A stretch of 62,965 nt of DNA, the filler included, from Basidiobolus ranarum (taxonomy: Eukaryota): NCBI GenBank assembly GCA_040143965.1. It is 26 parts of 26 records of this genome, joined end to end, with 100 filler letters (N's around TTAATTAATTAA, not from the genome) between each part and the next. Parts side by side here need not be neighbours in the genome. Positions count along the whole stretch, not along the records: positions 38,860 to 41,183 come from JASJQH010003475.1; positions 41,284 to 43,607 come from JASJQH010003476.1; positions 43,708 to 46,030 come from JASJQH010003477.1; positions 46,131 to 48,452 come from JASJQH010003478.1; positions 48,553 to 50,873 come from JASJQH010003479.1; positions 50,974 to 53,293 come from JASJQH010003480.1; positions 53,394 to 55,712 come from JASJQH010003481.1; 19 more parts are not named here. The stretch is one strand, 5' to 3'. The position numbers were made by a program, and so were the translations under genes. Under the pieces are notes generated by a model that saw only the letters and a list, made by a program, of their open reading frames with translations, made no database searches and was not told the origin of the DNA. Positions within the stretch are counted from its first letter, which is position 1; each line of letters opens with the position of its first letter. Of this stretch, positions 39,376 to 53,954 are shown one piece after another.

Positions 39376-39780
39376 ATCTATTAACTTCATCATTTTCCTC
39401 CATCTTGAAGCAGTTGGAGGAACGATTTCCACTAGACTCCTAATGAACATCATTTCTACCTTACCTGCTCCCCCCCATTCACTTCATATAAATATATTAT
39501 GTAGCCCTGGCCTTGGTCATCACTCTTAAATACATACTGTTAATCAATTTTATTTTTATCTCCGCTTTTTTCAATGGTTTTAGAAGTCATCTCTGATCAA
39601 CATCGTACATTAGTATGCTCTCTATAAATAAGGTCACTTGACTGCAAGTCGATCCCTTGTCGCTAATAGAGTACATTAGTTGAGCAATTCTGAAAGCACC
39701 GGTTGTTAATGATTAAACAGTTGTTTATTTTTTTGTGACTGAACCCAAGATAATTCGATCAGACACGTGATTAAGGTATT

Positions 39781-40764
39781 TTAAGATTTGTTGACTGCAT
39801 TAGATATCTTTTCAACCCAGATTCGGTAATGTGGGTCGGATACTGATAAAGGAAACATCATAAACCCATGAGGGTAACCACGATAGAAATCCAACTCGCA
39901 TGGAACACCAACCTCTGTTAGCTCTTTTGCTAGAACAATTCCATCATCGCGTATAGGGTCCTTGCCACCAACGACAATGTATGTAGGAGGAAGGTTGCTT
40001 AGGTTGGTTGCTAAAATTATAGAATAATATGGACTAGCACCGTCCACCTTTTGGTCACGTAGATAAAGTTCATTCACTAGGATCATGCCTTGAAGGTTAA
40101 AGATATCCCCATTTGCGTTGGTCACCATAGAGCGAAAATCGTTCTTATATTTTTCTGGATAAAGGTCAAAATGGCAGGTGAGGGGTTGTATAGAAGCAAT
40201 AAAATGAATTCTACGGTGACCAGAGTCCAGGTCCATCAATGCAACCGCCAAGGATAACGTTCCTCCAGCACTGGTTCCTGTGGTAACAACTTTAGAAGCG
40301 TCAACATGGAGCTCTTCGGCATTGGCAATTGCCCATTCTAATGCATCATAACAGTCATTGACAGGGATTGGGAACTTATTTTCTGGAGCCAGGCGATATT
40401 CCACGTTTACAACGACTGCTTTAACACCAATACAAATTTCACAAGCTGCCCTATCCTCAGTATCTAGATTTCCGGCAACGAAACCTCCGCCATGGTAGAG
40501 CATGACCAAGGGATAAGGGCCACTTCCGCTTTCAAGATTGGGCGAGTATATTCTAACTTTGATATTGGCATCCCTAACCGGAATAAACTGCTCCTTGGTA
40601 GTAAAGCCACTTCGGTTACTGAATGGAGATAAGTGGCTGAGAGCATCGGTTTTCTCTCGGAAGCTGAGATAGTCTGAATCAAAAACAGTTGGTGGGAGTT
40701 TCTTGCGGAATTCCTCCCACTCCGCTACAGGGGCATCCAAATCTTGAAGATTAAATGGTGACAT
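39781..40764 (-). CDS. Alpha/beta hydrolase fold-3 (HSL-type esterase/lipase), intronless
   Basis: YHGGGF, EYRLAPE, GTSAGG nucleophile elbow, DPIRDDG, GYPHGF. Confidence 0.93.
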   Translation of the reverse strand: MSPFNLQDLDAPVAEWEEFRKKLPPTVFDSDYLSFREKTDALSHLSPFSNRSGFTTKEQFIPVRDANIKVRIYSPNLESGSGPYPLVMLYHGGGFVAGNLDTEDRAACEICIGVKAVVVNVEYRLAPENKFPIPVNDCYDALEWAIANAEELHVDASKVVTTGTSAGGTLSLAVALMDLDSGHRRIHFIASIQPLTCHFDLYPEKYKNDFRSMVTNANGDIFNLQGMILVNELYLRDQKVDGASPYYSIILATNLSNLPPTYIVVGGKDPIRDDGIVLAKELTEVGVPCELDFYRGYPHGFMMFPLSVSDPHYRIWVEKISNAVNKS

Positions 40765-41283
40765 TGCTAGGTATATTTCACCAAGTGTACCTTCATTTAT
40801 AGCTCCTGCACACTCTAAACCATGTGTCCAATTGTGAAGTCACGAGTACCAATCAGAATACACCAAGGCATACTAGTATTCCGCAATTGTTTGTAATTAA
40901 GCACATTTTAACTCATCAATGATGATTTGACTACTTGACAAAGGTGACCAAGGCAACGAAATCGTAGTTCCCATTGATATCATCCACATTTTGCGGACCA
41001 GTCGCAAATTGATCTGCTAGATACGCTTAAGCGGTCAATCAGCTTAATCCGAGAAGTATACACTGGTGTTACTTGTAGTCATTTGAGTGCTTAATAAATC
41101 AACTCTCGATATTGAACATGCTCTTGGCATTACTGTTAATAATCTCAAGATTCTGATTGAGGATTTGTCTGAGCTCAGGCCAGNNNNNNNNNNNNNNNNN
41201 NNNNNNNNNNNNNNNNNNNNNNNNNNNTTAATTAATTAANNNNNNNNNNNNNNNNNNNNNNNNNNNNNNNNNNNNNNNNNNNN

Positions 41284-42340
41284 GGTTACGGAAGAGTTTT
41301 GGATTAAAAAAAGTTTCGACGAGAAAGTTTCGGGAAGAGAAAAAAATAATTTTAAGAGGTTAGGGAAGATTAAAATATAAACATGTTAGTTTGTGATATA
41401 GTTTTTATTTAAAAGATTAGAGTCGGAGAGACGTTAGTTTGGAAATTATTTTAAAATCTAAAAACAAATTCGAGAGACGTTAGTTTGGAAAGATTAATTC
41501 CAGAAGACAAGAGATTGGGTTTGGAAAAATAAATTTTAAAAAAAGTTTTCGGAGGACAAAAGATAACTTTTAAAGGTTGGTTAGAGATGATAAAGTTTAG
41601 AAGGAACAAATTATAAACCAAAAAGTTTATTAGAAGAAGATAATAGGGTAGACGGGAAGATTAGTTATAGATGAGAGGGGTTCGAGAAGAGAGAAGTTTG
41701 GTTAGAAATAATTTGGGAAAGTTTGGAACCAAGATCCAGGTTAGGTTTGGAATCAAGTTTTAAATAAGATCTAACATCAAGTTTGGAAAAAAATATTTAA
41801 AAAAGTTTCGAGAAGACAAAAGTTTAATTAGCGAAAAGATTTGGTGTACAAAAGTTTAGAGTTGGATCAAGTTGGGGTTGAGACGAGAAAGTTTCCAGAA
41901 GAGAAAAGTTTGGTAAAAAAAAATAAATTCGGAAAGATTTAAAAAGGTTTCGAATCAAGATCCAAGTTAGGGTTGGAATTAAGTTTTAAATAAGATCCAA
42001 CATCAAGCTCGAATTAAAGTTTGTTGCGAAAAAATATTTAAAAAGGTTTCGAGAAGACAAAAGTTTAATTAGCGAGAAGGTTTGTGTTAAGGGTTTGGAA
42101 TTAGATCAAGTTAAGGTTAAGACGAAAAAGTTTCGAGAAGAGAAAAGTTTGGTTTAGAAAAAAATAATTTCGTAAGATATTTAAAAAGGTTTCGAGAAGA
42201 GAAAAGTTTGGTTTAGAAAGAAATAATTTCGTAAGATATTTAAAAAGGTTTCGAGAAGAGAAAAGTTTAATTTAAATTAATTTTGGATGTCGGAAAAGTT
42301 TAAAGTTGGGGTTAAGACGAGAAAGTTTCGAGAAGATATG
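41284..42340. repeat. AT-rich degenerate tandem array (about 235-bp and 60-bp units), virus-like repeat family
   Basis: 60-bp unit TTTCGAGAAGAGAAAAGTTTGGTTTAGAAA.. at 42131 and 42191; about 235-bp duplication 41715/41950. Confidence 0.88.
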
Positions 42341-42403
42341 GGTTAGGGTTTAAGGTTTAGGGTTTAGGGTTTAGGGTTTAGGGTTTAGGGTTTAGGGTTT
42401 AGG
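42340..42403 (+). repeat. Interstitial telomere-type tract (TTTAGGG)6 plus variant units
   Basis: Six perfect TTTAGGG at 42356-42397, flanked by TTAGGG, TTTAAGG and TTTAGG. Confidence 0.95.
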
Positions 42404-42566
42404 TAAGGCAAATAATAAAGGTTCACCTGTTTGCAGAAGAACGGTTTACATTTTTTTTTAAATTGGAAAAATGCGGTGTTGCGATATTTTTTGTTTTATC
42501 GTTTGAAAGTTTTACAGGTTAAAAGTAACACAGGATAGTTAATGTTGTAATTAAGTATACGGTAAA

Positions 42567-43469
42567 ATGTTGGACTACTTTTTTGCCGGAAACGTGGAAA
42601 TTGATCGGGGAAAAACCGGGACCGTAATATATTATCTTTCTATTTTTCTATATATGGATCTGGACATCGTGACATTTTTTAGCGATCTTGAAGATGATAT
42701 AAAAAAACAGTGTAGGGCTATGGTAAAAAAAATAAGAAAAGCAAAAAAAGAATTGTTGCTCAAGTATAATATGTCAGAATTGCAAAATAATAATCAAGTA
42801 TGTACTGCTATTATAAAATCGGGACAAAAAAAGGGTATGAAGTGTTCACGTATACCTAAGAGTGGTAACCAGTGTTGTGGTTATCACAGACTTAAGATGG
42901 TTGATTTTATTCCAAAACTAATAAAGGTTGATAACACAAAAAAAGAATATGATGCAAGTAATAAACAGCGGGAGGATGATGTAAATAATAAGGGGCATGA
43001 TGGTGTAAATATTTCAGATATGTATATAAATAGTCAAGAGTCGTCAGGCCAATCATCTTCTTATAAGGATTGTGATAGTATAAATAACAGGGTGTCACCA
43101 GTGCAAACAACTACGGATGACCAGCCAACTACGAGTAGCCAACAATTGCAGGAACAAAATATAAGTGGGGGGAGTTATCTTGGGCAGACTATAAATAACC
43201 AATTATCATCTGAATCAAATACGCCGGAATGTTTGAGATTATTGGAGGGTGTAGGCAATGAGAGTTTGCCATCATATTCAGAGGTTCAAAGGTTAAGGTG
43301 TGAGATTACGACAGAGGGGGATGGGTCGTTAGTTCATTTGCAGAATGCATCAGTGGAGATAGGGGCAATGATATCACAGGAGGGGGGTATAATACCGTCG
43401 ATAAAGAATGTAATAATACCGTATGCCTGGGGAGCTGCATGGAATGTTGTAAAAAGGGGTTTAAGTTAG
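42567..43469 (+). CDS. Intronless virus-like protein with a C3H zinc-finger motif (likely start at 42654)
   Basis: CTAIIKSGQKKGMKC..CCGYH resembles the Cx-IIKSG-RKG-C..C..H finger (DUF5763-like) common in large DNA viruses; intact 300-aa ORF. Confidence 0.65.
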   Translation: MLDYFFAGNVEIDRGKTGTVIYYLSIFLYMDLDIVTFFSDLEDDIKKQCRAMVKKIRKAKKELLLKYNMSELQNNNQVCTAIIKSGQKKGMKCSRIPKSGNQCCGYHRLKMVDFIPKLIKVDNTKKEYDASNKQREDDVNNKGHDGVNISDMYINSQESSGQSSSYKDCDSINNRVSPVQTTTDDQPTTSSQQLQEQNISGGSYLGQTINNQLSSESNTPECLRLLEGVGNESLPSYSEVQRLRCEITTEGDGSLVHLQNASVEIGAMISQEGGIIPSIKNVIIPYAWGAAWNVVKRGLS

Positions 43470-43707
43470 GTGGGTTAAGGGCAGAATAGATTATGAGTCA
43501 GGAAGGCCCTTAGCTGTTAATTTTGGTAGGGTTTAGAATAGTTTGGGGGGGAGATTTTTGTTGGAAGAAGTATTTTTTTGTCGACTAGGGTTTAGGTCGA
43601 GATGATANNNNNNNNNNNNNNNNNNNNNNNNNNNNNNNNNNNNNNNNNNNNTTAATTAATTAANNNNNNNNNNNNNNNNNNNNNNNNNNNNNNNNNNNNN
43701 NNNNNNN

Positions 43708-45060
<1,353 letters not shown>

Positions 45061-45492
45061 GGTGACAAACTACGGAGACTACAAACAAGTTCAAGGTCGA
45101 GCACGCGTATGCATAATTAGTACCATCCTGTTGAAATTTATTAAAGAGCATGGGTTCGACCCTTGATAGTTTACCTTTTTTTTAAAAATCAAAATTATTT
45201 GCCTGATATCATCGGTAATAAAATAATAGGCTAATATCAAAATCAAAGACGCATATACCTTCATAAGTATATTAAACAATCAGTTAGTAAATTTCACAAA
45301 TTCATACGAATTATCTTGGCAACTTCATTTCGTATATATTCAATTAAAATTTATCATCAATTTATTTAATTCTCACTTTTTTTGCAAAATTTGGTCCAAC
45401 TGTTTTGTAAAAATTGACCCTTAATCTGTCGTGAAATATACCTGTCTCTTTGTGGTATCTCTTCTTTAAACGACACTTAACCTTTGTTCATT

Positions 45493-46030
45493 ATGGCTTC
45501 TAATGAAAATGAAGATGCTGCCAATAGCTCATCCCAACCTTTGTACGTATATAGTTTACGCCTCGATTTTATCATATATATATGTTTAATTCCTAATTTT
45601 ATTCTATATTCACAGAGATCCTATCAAACCAGAGGCTACTCATAGGAAAAAAGAACGCTCTACAACAAGTCAAAGAAAAAGGTACTTTACATGATACAAA
45701 ACTTACCCCAGATTACTTTTGCTAACTAGGAGAAACTATAATTAAACCACTTTCTTTAGATCTCGCTCCCCTTCGGTTTCACGTTCCAGATCTAGATCCC
45801 GTTCACCTCCTCGTCGTCGTAGACGATCCCCCTCTACATCTGATTCTAGTTCTGATTCTGAAAGTAGATCACGTTCTCCCCGACATAGAAGACGTTCGAC
45901 TTCCTCACGTTCTAGATCACGTACCCCTCCTCGCCGCAGCAGAAGACGTTCCCGCTCACGTTCAAAAACCAGGTAACTTTGGACTTTAGATTTTCGATTT
46001 CATCCATCCATCCTTTTTTGGTCAGTCGAC
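45493..46030 (+). CDS. Multi-exon RS-rich protein, N-terminal part, divergent from CEF1
   Basis: ATG at 45493, GT-AG introns, exon encoding SRSRSRSPPRRRRRS..SRSRTPPRRSRRRSRSRS. Confidence 0.72.
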
Positions 46031-46130
46031 NNNNNNNNNNNNNNNNNNNNNNNNNNNNNNNNNNNNNNNNNNNNTTAATTAATTAANNNNNNNNNNNNNN
46101 NNNNNNNNNNNNNNNNNNNNNNNNNNNNNN

Positions 46131-46971
46131 AAAGCTTAATTTCACCATGGAACTAGGTATGCAAGTTGGAAGAGTGCTAAATTTAGAAGTTTATCCAACA
46201 CCTGGCACCTCTCAACAAGCCAAAACACCAGCAAATAAAACCCACAGCTCTCCAACCTCAACTGGTACTTTTCAGAGTGTTGAAATTAGCCCCAAAGGTA
46301 AAGGCAAGCAAAAAGCTACACTAACACAACAAAGCCCCATCAGTAGTGTCACATTACAAGGCCATACAAAAATAGTCAAAGTGCTTGAGGAGTATTTTCA
46401 AAAGTATGAAGGGAAAAATGCAGTGCAAGTATGCAGAAGGTGGCTTCAGAAGAAGAACATTCATTTTGACATTCAGTCTGGTGTTAACCCAGCAGATATC
46501 TGGGAAGAACTTAATACAGAGTGTCACAATATTGCAGGGTATCCGCCAGATAGCTGGAAGAATGTTGAATCAGCAACATCAATATAACGGCGGGCTTTGA
46601 TGGAGATATTGATACAAACTTGCGTTAGGTATGAGCTAAACCTTGGGTGTGAAAAACTCTATAAAAATATTCAGGAGAATATATCAAAGAGACTAGGGAT
46701 TTCAGAGGTGACAAATTAGCATTCAAGTGGTAATTGTGTAAAATTTGAGTTACATTTTTTGCACATGTGTTGATCCATAGTTCTCTGAGATTTTAGCCAA
46801 TCATGTGCAACTATTTTGCAAGATCTTGAAATATCACTCCTGAAACTGAAGAAATTGATTAAAATCAAATCTAACTTGACAATTTTATGATGGTAAGTAA
46901 GCAGTCAATCCCAAATGGATTAAAATTGTGATGGTTTTCCTACAATAGCAATCCTCAAATTTCTGTTAGGG
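46131..46971 (+). mobile_element. EnSpm-like accessory ORF 3' part and element terminus ...TTTCTGTTAGGG
   Basis: Homologous to 19454-19640 and 36436-36640; terminus is the reverse complement of 28644-28890. Confidence 0.65.
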
Positions 46972-48929
46972 ATAAGTACTGCCTAATCCACTGACTATGT
47001 ATCCAACTACCATGGTTCCTGTGAGTCATTGTTCTTTTGATACCAATATCTGTTTGTTACATTATTATTGTAAAAGGTGGAAACATTGAATCTGTCCTGA
47101 TTTACTAAGTCTTGTAAGGTGAGCCCTGGTATATAACCTAGATGATATGGCAAGAATAGCATTCTCTGATAACTTTGAAAGTTCCCATTCAACAAGGCTC
47201 AAGCATTTACTTGATGATATTTCCTACAGTATTAAGATTCATACATCAAATAGCTCAGAGCTTATAAATATGTTGAGATGTGTTACATTTTTGAGGTACT
47301 GGCCTCTACTCTAACTTTCACTTCATTCCATTTTGAGTAACATTCTCTTTCACTATAGGTTGGCTGAGATCATCCTTCAAAAGCTGAGTAAGTTTTAATG
47401 GCAATGTGTTTCTTGGGATATTGTGGTGATATCCACAAACTAAACATAGAGATGACTTCTGAGTAATACTATCAACTCAGTGCAATAGGCAAACTAGTCT
47501 TGATTAATTTATTGGTCCACTTGTATATAGGTCCATTCACAAATGAAACAAAACGCAAGTGGAGACATCAGATTTTGCTTCATCCTGAAATGCCACTAGA
47601 ACTCAGCAAAAGGTAGGATGAAACCTGATTTCCAACTATGACATATTGATTTCATACTCACAAAATCATTGCAATAAACAATTGTTGATCTATTGTAAGA
47701 TGCTCTTGATAGTACCCAAGAAATATCTTGGCTTTTGTTCACTATATTCTGGCCAGATTTATTTCCCTTGCTATATTGCTTTGGTAGCTTGAAAAGAATC
47801 TGCCACTTACTTGGTATACTCCAGCGGAGGTTTTTTTCCCTGAGTGGAAGAAATCCTAACATAATGTGCCTGTTAAGATTTGCTAATAATAGCAGCTTAT
47901 GTAATTGTTAGTACACAATATTCAGTATTATCAAGGAATTCATACTATCAGTACATCAGTAGCATTCTCAAATCAAACCTATCAATATCAACAATTCTCT
48001 GCTATGCAAGTATTAATTATTATTAGTCAAGAGCTATAGGAGGTTTTGATAGTTGGTATAATTGATTACATAATGAGTCTTATGTACATATTCAATTGGA
48101 AATGACTTGATCATATAGACTGTGCTACTCTAACATGTGTCAGCTGATTTCTGTACTGTCCCAGGATGGCTTAGCTAAGGCCTGTGCCATCCTATTACAA
48201 TGTAGCTAAATGCTGATATAGTAGTTATATTGGTATGATAAAAGTGTTTTGGACAAGATTGGAATTTATGATTTAGACACTTGAGTGTTGTTTAATTGAA
48301 TAGGTCCTATTTACATTTACTATGAAATAGAACTATAGGATGTGCTTAGATTGTAACAAACATGTCTATAAAGTGTTGGAGGATCTTGACATAATGGGGT
48401 AGACTTTGAGTATTAGATTCAACTTATGATAGTGTGTTTTAGTTAGTTTATTNNNNNNNNNNNNNNNNNNNNNNNNNNNNNNNNNNNNNNNNNNNNTTAA
48501 TTAATTAANNNNNNNNNNNNNNNNNNNNNNNNNNNNNNNNNNNNNNNNNNNNACTCACGCCAACCCATTCCACCTATCAAAATACAAAACTAAACTCCAT
48601 GATCTTACCATCATGAGCCCAGTCAGAGTTCAACATGAATGCTGATATCAAATCATCAAATATTTAGTCTAACATCAAACTTGGTAATAGCTGTAAGTCT
48701 AAGATTGTATTGCTAAAGAGGATCAGCTGGAGCCAGAGCTTCCCACCACGCACCGTGCACTTACTATTCAACAACATTCCAATACTACCTACTCAGCTAT
48801 ATTGTGAAAAATTCAATATGAATCAGCCATTTGAGATAGGATCCAAGTTTGAATCAATTGGGAAAATGCTTGAAAATGTCAAAATCCCATCATATTTTAC
48901 CAGGACCCCCATCAATTTCCACTTACCTA

Positions 48930-50234
48930 GGCATTCATTCAAATGAAAAGACTGGAAGTATTGAATTTGTATATGATCCTGTGGGATCGTGAAAAGATTT
49001 CTGCCTGATATGTATTGGCAACATTGGGAGTTGTTTGTGGATATTGTGAATATATTCTTATGGCATTTGCCCACAATGGCAGATCTCAGGCAGATACAGC
49101 AACTGTGCAAAGACTTTGTAATTGGATATGAAAAACCTTATTAAGGTTTAAATAAGATAGGCTGAATCTATGCCAGTATTCTATACATTCCCTGCTGCAT
49201 CTTTAACAATGCTCAGAGATTATAGGCCCTTACTACATATTCTGGGAGTTCCCAATGGAGCACACCGGCAGTGAAATGATGCTCTGTGTGAAATTGTCAG
49301 TATCACCACATGCTAATCTGATTAATAATGCAACAGCAAAATTTCTGATGGATGTAATGCAATGGGTTGAGGAGACTGCAGAGTATATTAACCTTCCAAC
49401 AAACAGGCTCTTTTCAATGTGCTCATGGGTTTGCACATTGTTTGATCACAATAACAGCAACAAAGTCCAAACAATGGACACAGAGTAAGTACCTCTATAA
49501 TTTGGACTAACTTTGTTTGTTCAATAATCTGATGGTATTTCTAGAAAAGCTGCAAGACAGACTTCTTGGTGAGATAGATGGAGATACACAGTTTTATTGT
49601 TTTAGCCGTGGGGTAATCTATTCAATCCATGACACATCTACTTGTGGCACAACAATTATTGACTGCAAGTTGAGGATATATTGGCTGAATTCTTTACGGA
49701 AATTTCCCAAAATTCAACAACTTGGTTGCATTGTAAATGGTAATAAGAGTCAGCTATTTGCCAAATGTCAGTGCTATTCAAAATTTCAGATGTTAAGCAA
49801 TTTTTCCACGATTAGTTTGCAGGTAAAGCATATTGATGTTGTGAGGTTATGTTGGAGCAGTCAGTATGTGAATACGTAGAGACTAAACATAATATGATTC
49901 TTGTATTTTTTGATTCTTAATATGGCTTGAATACAAAGCCAAAGATATATAAATAAAGGCACACATAATTATTTGAATTCCTACAGCAGTAAACCCAGTA
50001 ATTTGCCATTTGAAAATTATATTTGCAAACATTGAGGGAAATTTATAATGAATATATGATGATCAATATTTTAACATGTATGAATACCATCAGAATACCT
50101 TCAAGAAACCACCATCACATCAACAAAATGCCTGGCAGAATGCAAGCCACCAATATTGTGATGGTACTCTGATGATTTTGCAACTTGTAAGGGTGGATCC
50201 AATGCATATCAAATCAATTCTATTTTTGTTAGGG
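48930..50234 (+). mobile_element. CMC/EnSpm transposase C-terminal relic and terminus
   Basis: Collinear with 5005-6314. Confidence 0.75.
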
Positions 50235-50487
50235 GACAGTGGACCCAGAGCTCACTGGCTCCTTTACTTTTCTCTTAGATTTACTAACTTAGCATGAGAT
50301 GCTCCATTTTGTGACATCCTCTATATTGTCCTCTCTAATATTTTTGCTTGAATGTTTGTTAGTGTAGCTGAAGAATTCTTTGCATATTAAATCCAGGTGA
50401 TTTTGAGCAACATTCCACACAGTTTAAAAAATGTTATATCACTCATCATCAGAGCAAGTGATGGCAGCTGTGACATTCAGAGTCTCT

Positions 50488-50863
50488 GTTAAAGTTTATT
50501 GTCTTCATCAAATTTGTTATCTCTATCTTTATCCATATAACTTTTTTATATATCACAAATGAGCTGGCTAAGACTACTTAGTCTAATATCACTTCACTGC
50601 AAATCAGAAAATATTTTATATATATATGTGAATAATGTGGGGATTAGCAATTCCATATTGGATATGTCAAACTTGTCCAAATTGCCCCAAAGATAGCACT
50701 TTTTACTCCTACAGATTTTCTGAACACAATCCCAATGTTAGTTATCTTTATTTGCACCAAAATGTATAAATGCTTCATTTCTGGGCAATAAATAATCATC
50801 TCACAAAGCTATTCACAAGTCCACTTTTCAAACATTCCTCCAAACAGGCAATATTTCCCCAAT
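50488..50863 (+). repeat. Copia family A solo LTR
   Basis: Matches 20657-21034. Confidence 0.8.
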
Positions 50864-50973
50864 AGTCTTTTGANNNNNNNNNNNNNNNNNNNNNNNNNNN
50901 NNNNNNNNNNNNNNNNNTTAATTAATTAANNNNNNNNNNNNNNNNNNNNNNNNNNNNNNNNNNNNNNNNNNNN

Positions 50974-51940
50974 CTTTGATTGCTAGTGTATCGGTATGTC
51001 CTTTTCTTTTCTACAGTACTTTCTTCGTGCATGCAGTAGAGCATGTCGCGTCGACCAGGATCGATCAACACACACTTGCGACACCAGCCAAGAGTTCTTC
51101 TTTTCCAACTTATCAACATACTGAAATTCTTCGACTTCTTTTTCTTTTCTACTAGCACCACTACTACTACCTTTCTTCGTATCATAGTTTTGCTTCAACA
51201 CAGACACACCAACACCATCAGTAAGCAACATGCCCCTAAACTTCATTGCATTCCTTCCACCTTGTGGCTTCATTGCTTTTGTTGTGGCATCAATGACAGC
51301 TCCCCATGTTACTTCTTTGTCCAAATGGCTGATAGCAGGGTTCTTCAAAATCTGCGTGTTTAAAATAAGCGTGTCAATTGTCATATAGGATGGTATGAAT
51401 GTTCTCCTCAACGGTAATAAGATAGGAATTCTTTTGGTAGATTATCAATTTTTCCAGACGAAATAGTCGTTTTGATTTTACTGCATTGCTCGACGATAGA
51501 TTTTACTGCAGCCAACACTTCTTCCCCCGAGTTACCCTTCTTCTTCATTTCATCTTTTGCTATCTTTATTCGTTCATTCTTCTTTAAGAGTATGTTTAAG
51601 AACATACGTAGCTTGTTTCTGAATTGTAAGGAGATGCCATTCAAATACGCTGTGTTTATTTTCGTTACTTCATACGAGGCTATTTGATGTGCATACTTTA
51701 AGTTAATTGGCTCATATAAACTATGTTGAAAGTATAAGTCTCGATGGTTGTTGATAAGCTCTCGGTAGGTTCTTGACTTTGACGATGCTGTTTGTTTATT
51801 TGGTTTGTAATTCTGGAGAAGCGACAAGAAGACTTCTCTGTAAAAATCAACGTTGGAAAATTTTTCCAGGGCAAAGGCAGGGTCATTTTCCAATTCTTGA
51901 ATAAAAATGTACTTCAAAAAGGTGAACGTATAGTGCCTTT
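50974..51940 (-). pseudogene. Fanzor1 N-terminal-to-RuvC-I relic (frameshifts and internal deletion), truncated by contig edge
   Basis: FLKYIFIQELE..FYREVFLSL..YEVTKINTAYLN..PLRRTFIPSYMTIDT..FRGMLLTDGVGVSVLKQ..CVLIDPGRRDMLYCMHE..YRYTSNQ (IDPG is RuvC-I). Confidence 0.85.
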
Positions 51941-52518
51941 AACTACATTGACATTGACATTGACACCATTAAAGTACCATTTAGCATGCAAATCCGTTGA
52001 ATTTAAACATTTCTAGGTTCAATCAAATTCTGACATTCCCTATATAGCCATACTCAGTGCATGACCGATCCCAGTCTGGAGACCTTGTCGAGCTATATTT
52101 GGATCATTGCGCTACAAACATTGAGTCACTGATCATTCGCAACCTGTGCACTAGGCTGCTGACATGCAAATACCAATTTATTTGATCTAGGGTATAGGAC
52201 AGTTTAAGTGATTGAAAATTGTGAACCTCTAAACTAACTCGACACCAAACGGCCGTGTCAAATCAATCCTAAGGAAAAAGAAATATATAGATACAGCATT
52301 AATTCAACGGAAAATGAAGTCCGAGTCCTTGAAGGTACATGTTTGTACTTACTTGATGTTGCTACAGTGTCTCTAGCCACTGTATCTTGTTACTACTTAA
52401 ACACTAAGTCAAACTATTGCTTCTAGGATATGAAAGTGCAATTTTTGGCTAGTGATATGATACGGTGAAGAACTCTGCTGTTTGTCGAGAAAATGGCTAA
52501 TATTCCAACCTTACATAT

Positions 52519-52829
52519 GTTGAAGTATTTTGGGAGTTTGTTGGAAGTAGCTTTTCGAACTAGAAGAATTGGTGGTTTTCACCTATTGATTTATTGAGTT
52601 GACATTTCTAGTTTTGTTAAGTAAACAAACAAACGTGTAGAATGTGTTAAGGAAGGTCCCAGAAACATGTGTGCAAGGTTTGGGGCTTCTTTGAATAAAT
52701 CTATATATTTACAAACTCCTAAGTAAATTCCTCTTGAGAATAGTGGGAGATATCTTAGTTCAATATGGAATAACTAAATATTAAGCTATATATGACTATA
52801 TAGATGTTTAGGCTATGTTAATTTCAACA
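52519..52829. repeat. Copia family C solo LTR
   Basis: TGTTGAAGTATTTTGGGAG...TAATTTCAACA; matches about 24434-24983. Confidence 0.8.
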
Positions 52830-53954
52830 ACATAATCGTAACGGCTTTTCCGATCTATGTTTGCAGAAAGATTAGTACTCAATAAGTATATTTGATAAGC
52901 AAGCTCAGTTCTAGTATATACGCCTAAATCTTAAAACAAATGATCTCATTTTGGTAATTGCGGTCGGATATGGAATCCTCTTTAAATCTTAATGGCCTCT
53001 GATGATTATTGTTTTTGGTCATTCCGAATAGTGGACACAAAATACAAACAGCGGCTTATCCGGATTCTCTGAAACAAAAGAATATAGGCTAAATAGTCTT
53101 GACTTAGCAAATGATAACATGATGCGTTTTCCTAGATCTTTGGAAACCGGATTCTTGGGCTACCAGACCCCACCAATCTGAGAATTCCAGTACTTAAGCT
53201 ATCCATCTCGTGTTGTTCTGGGCTATACTGTTCACCGTTAGGAAAATAGCTAATGGTCCAAAAGTTTATTGGCTTTCCCAACCGTATACAAGCNNNNNNN
53301 NNNNNNNNNNNNNNNNNNNNNNNNNNNNNNNNNNNNNTTAATTAATTAANNNNNNNNNNNNNNNNNNNNNNNNNNNNNNNNNNNNNNNNNNNNCTAACGC
53401 AGTCCAATACTCGTGTCACTCTCCTGTAATATAGATATGTTTGACGAGCTATATTGCACAATTAGGAAAGTTTCCAGAAGTTTAAATCCAATCATTTAGT
53501 ATCCAAAGGTTGAGTTCACTGTACGAATCAGGAAGGCCTCGAGAAGCTTTCCATGTTTGATCATGTACTCAATAAAGCCTGTTACTAAATGAATCATGAG
53601 AGTAATACTGTTCACCTTTCTTTTCACTTCTTTCGAATTTCCTTTTTCTGATTTTCTCCCTCTGGTGCGTTTCGAATGTGCAGACAATATAAGTTTCTTA
53701 TATTTGTATCGACATTTAAGGAATCACTGCTCAATAGGGTGAGGGTGCAAAGGCATAGAGGTACTACAACATTTGATTGGTATATCTCAAACCAACTCCT
53801 AAGATGGGGAGTTATCAATATCGTATGTCCTTATATTAATTTGTGGTCACCTAATTTTATTAGAAACAAATCAAACACTTTATAACAAGTACATCGCACT
53901 GCCTCGGAATTTTTCCTTCGTCTCAATAATCAACTTCAACTCTATTCATACATA

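Noticed and set aside
41770-42335. TTCGAGAA words as heat-shock elements
   Set aside because: Mostly only two correctly spaced nGAAn units; explained by the repeat unit itself.
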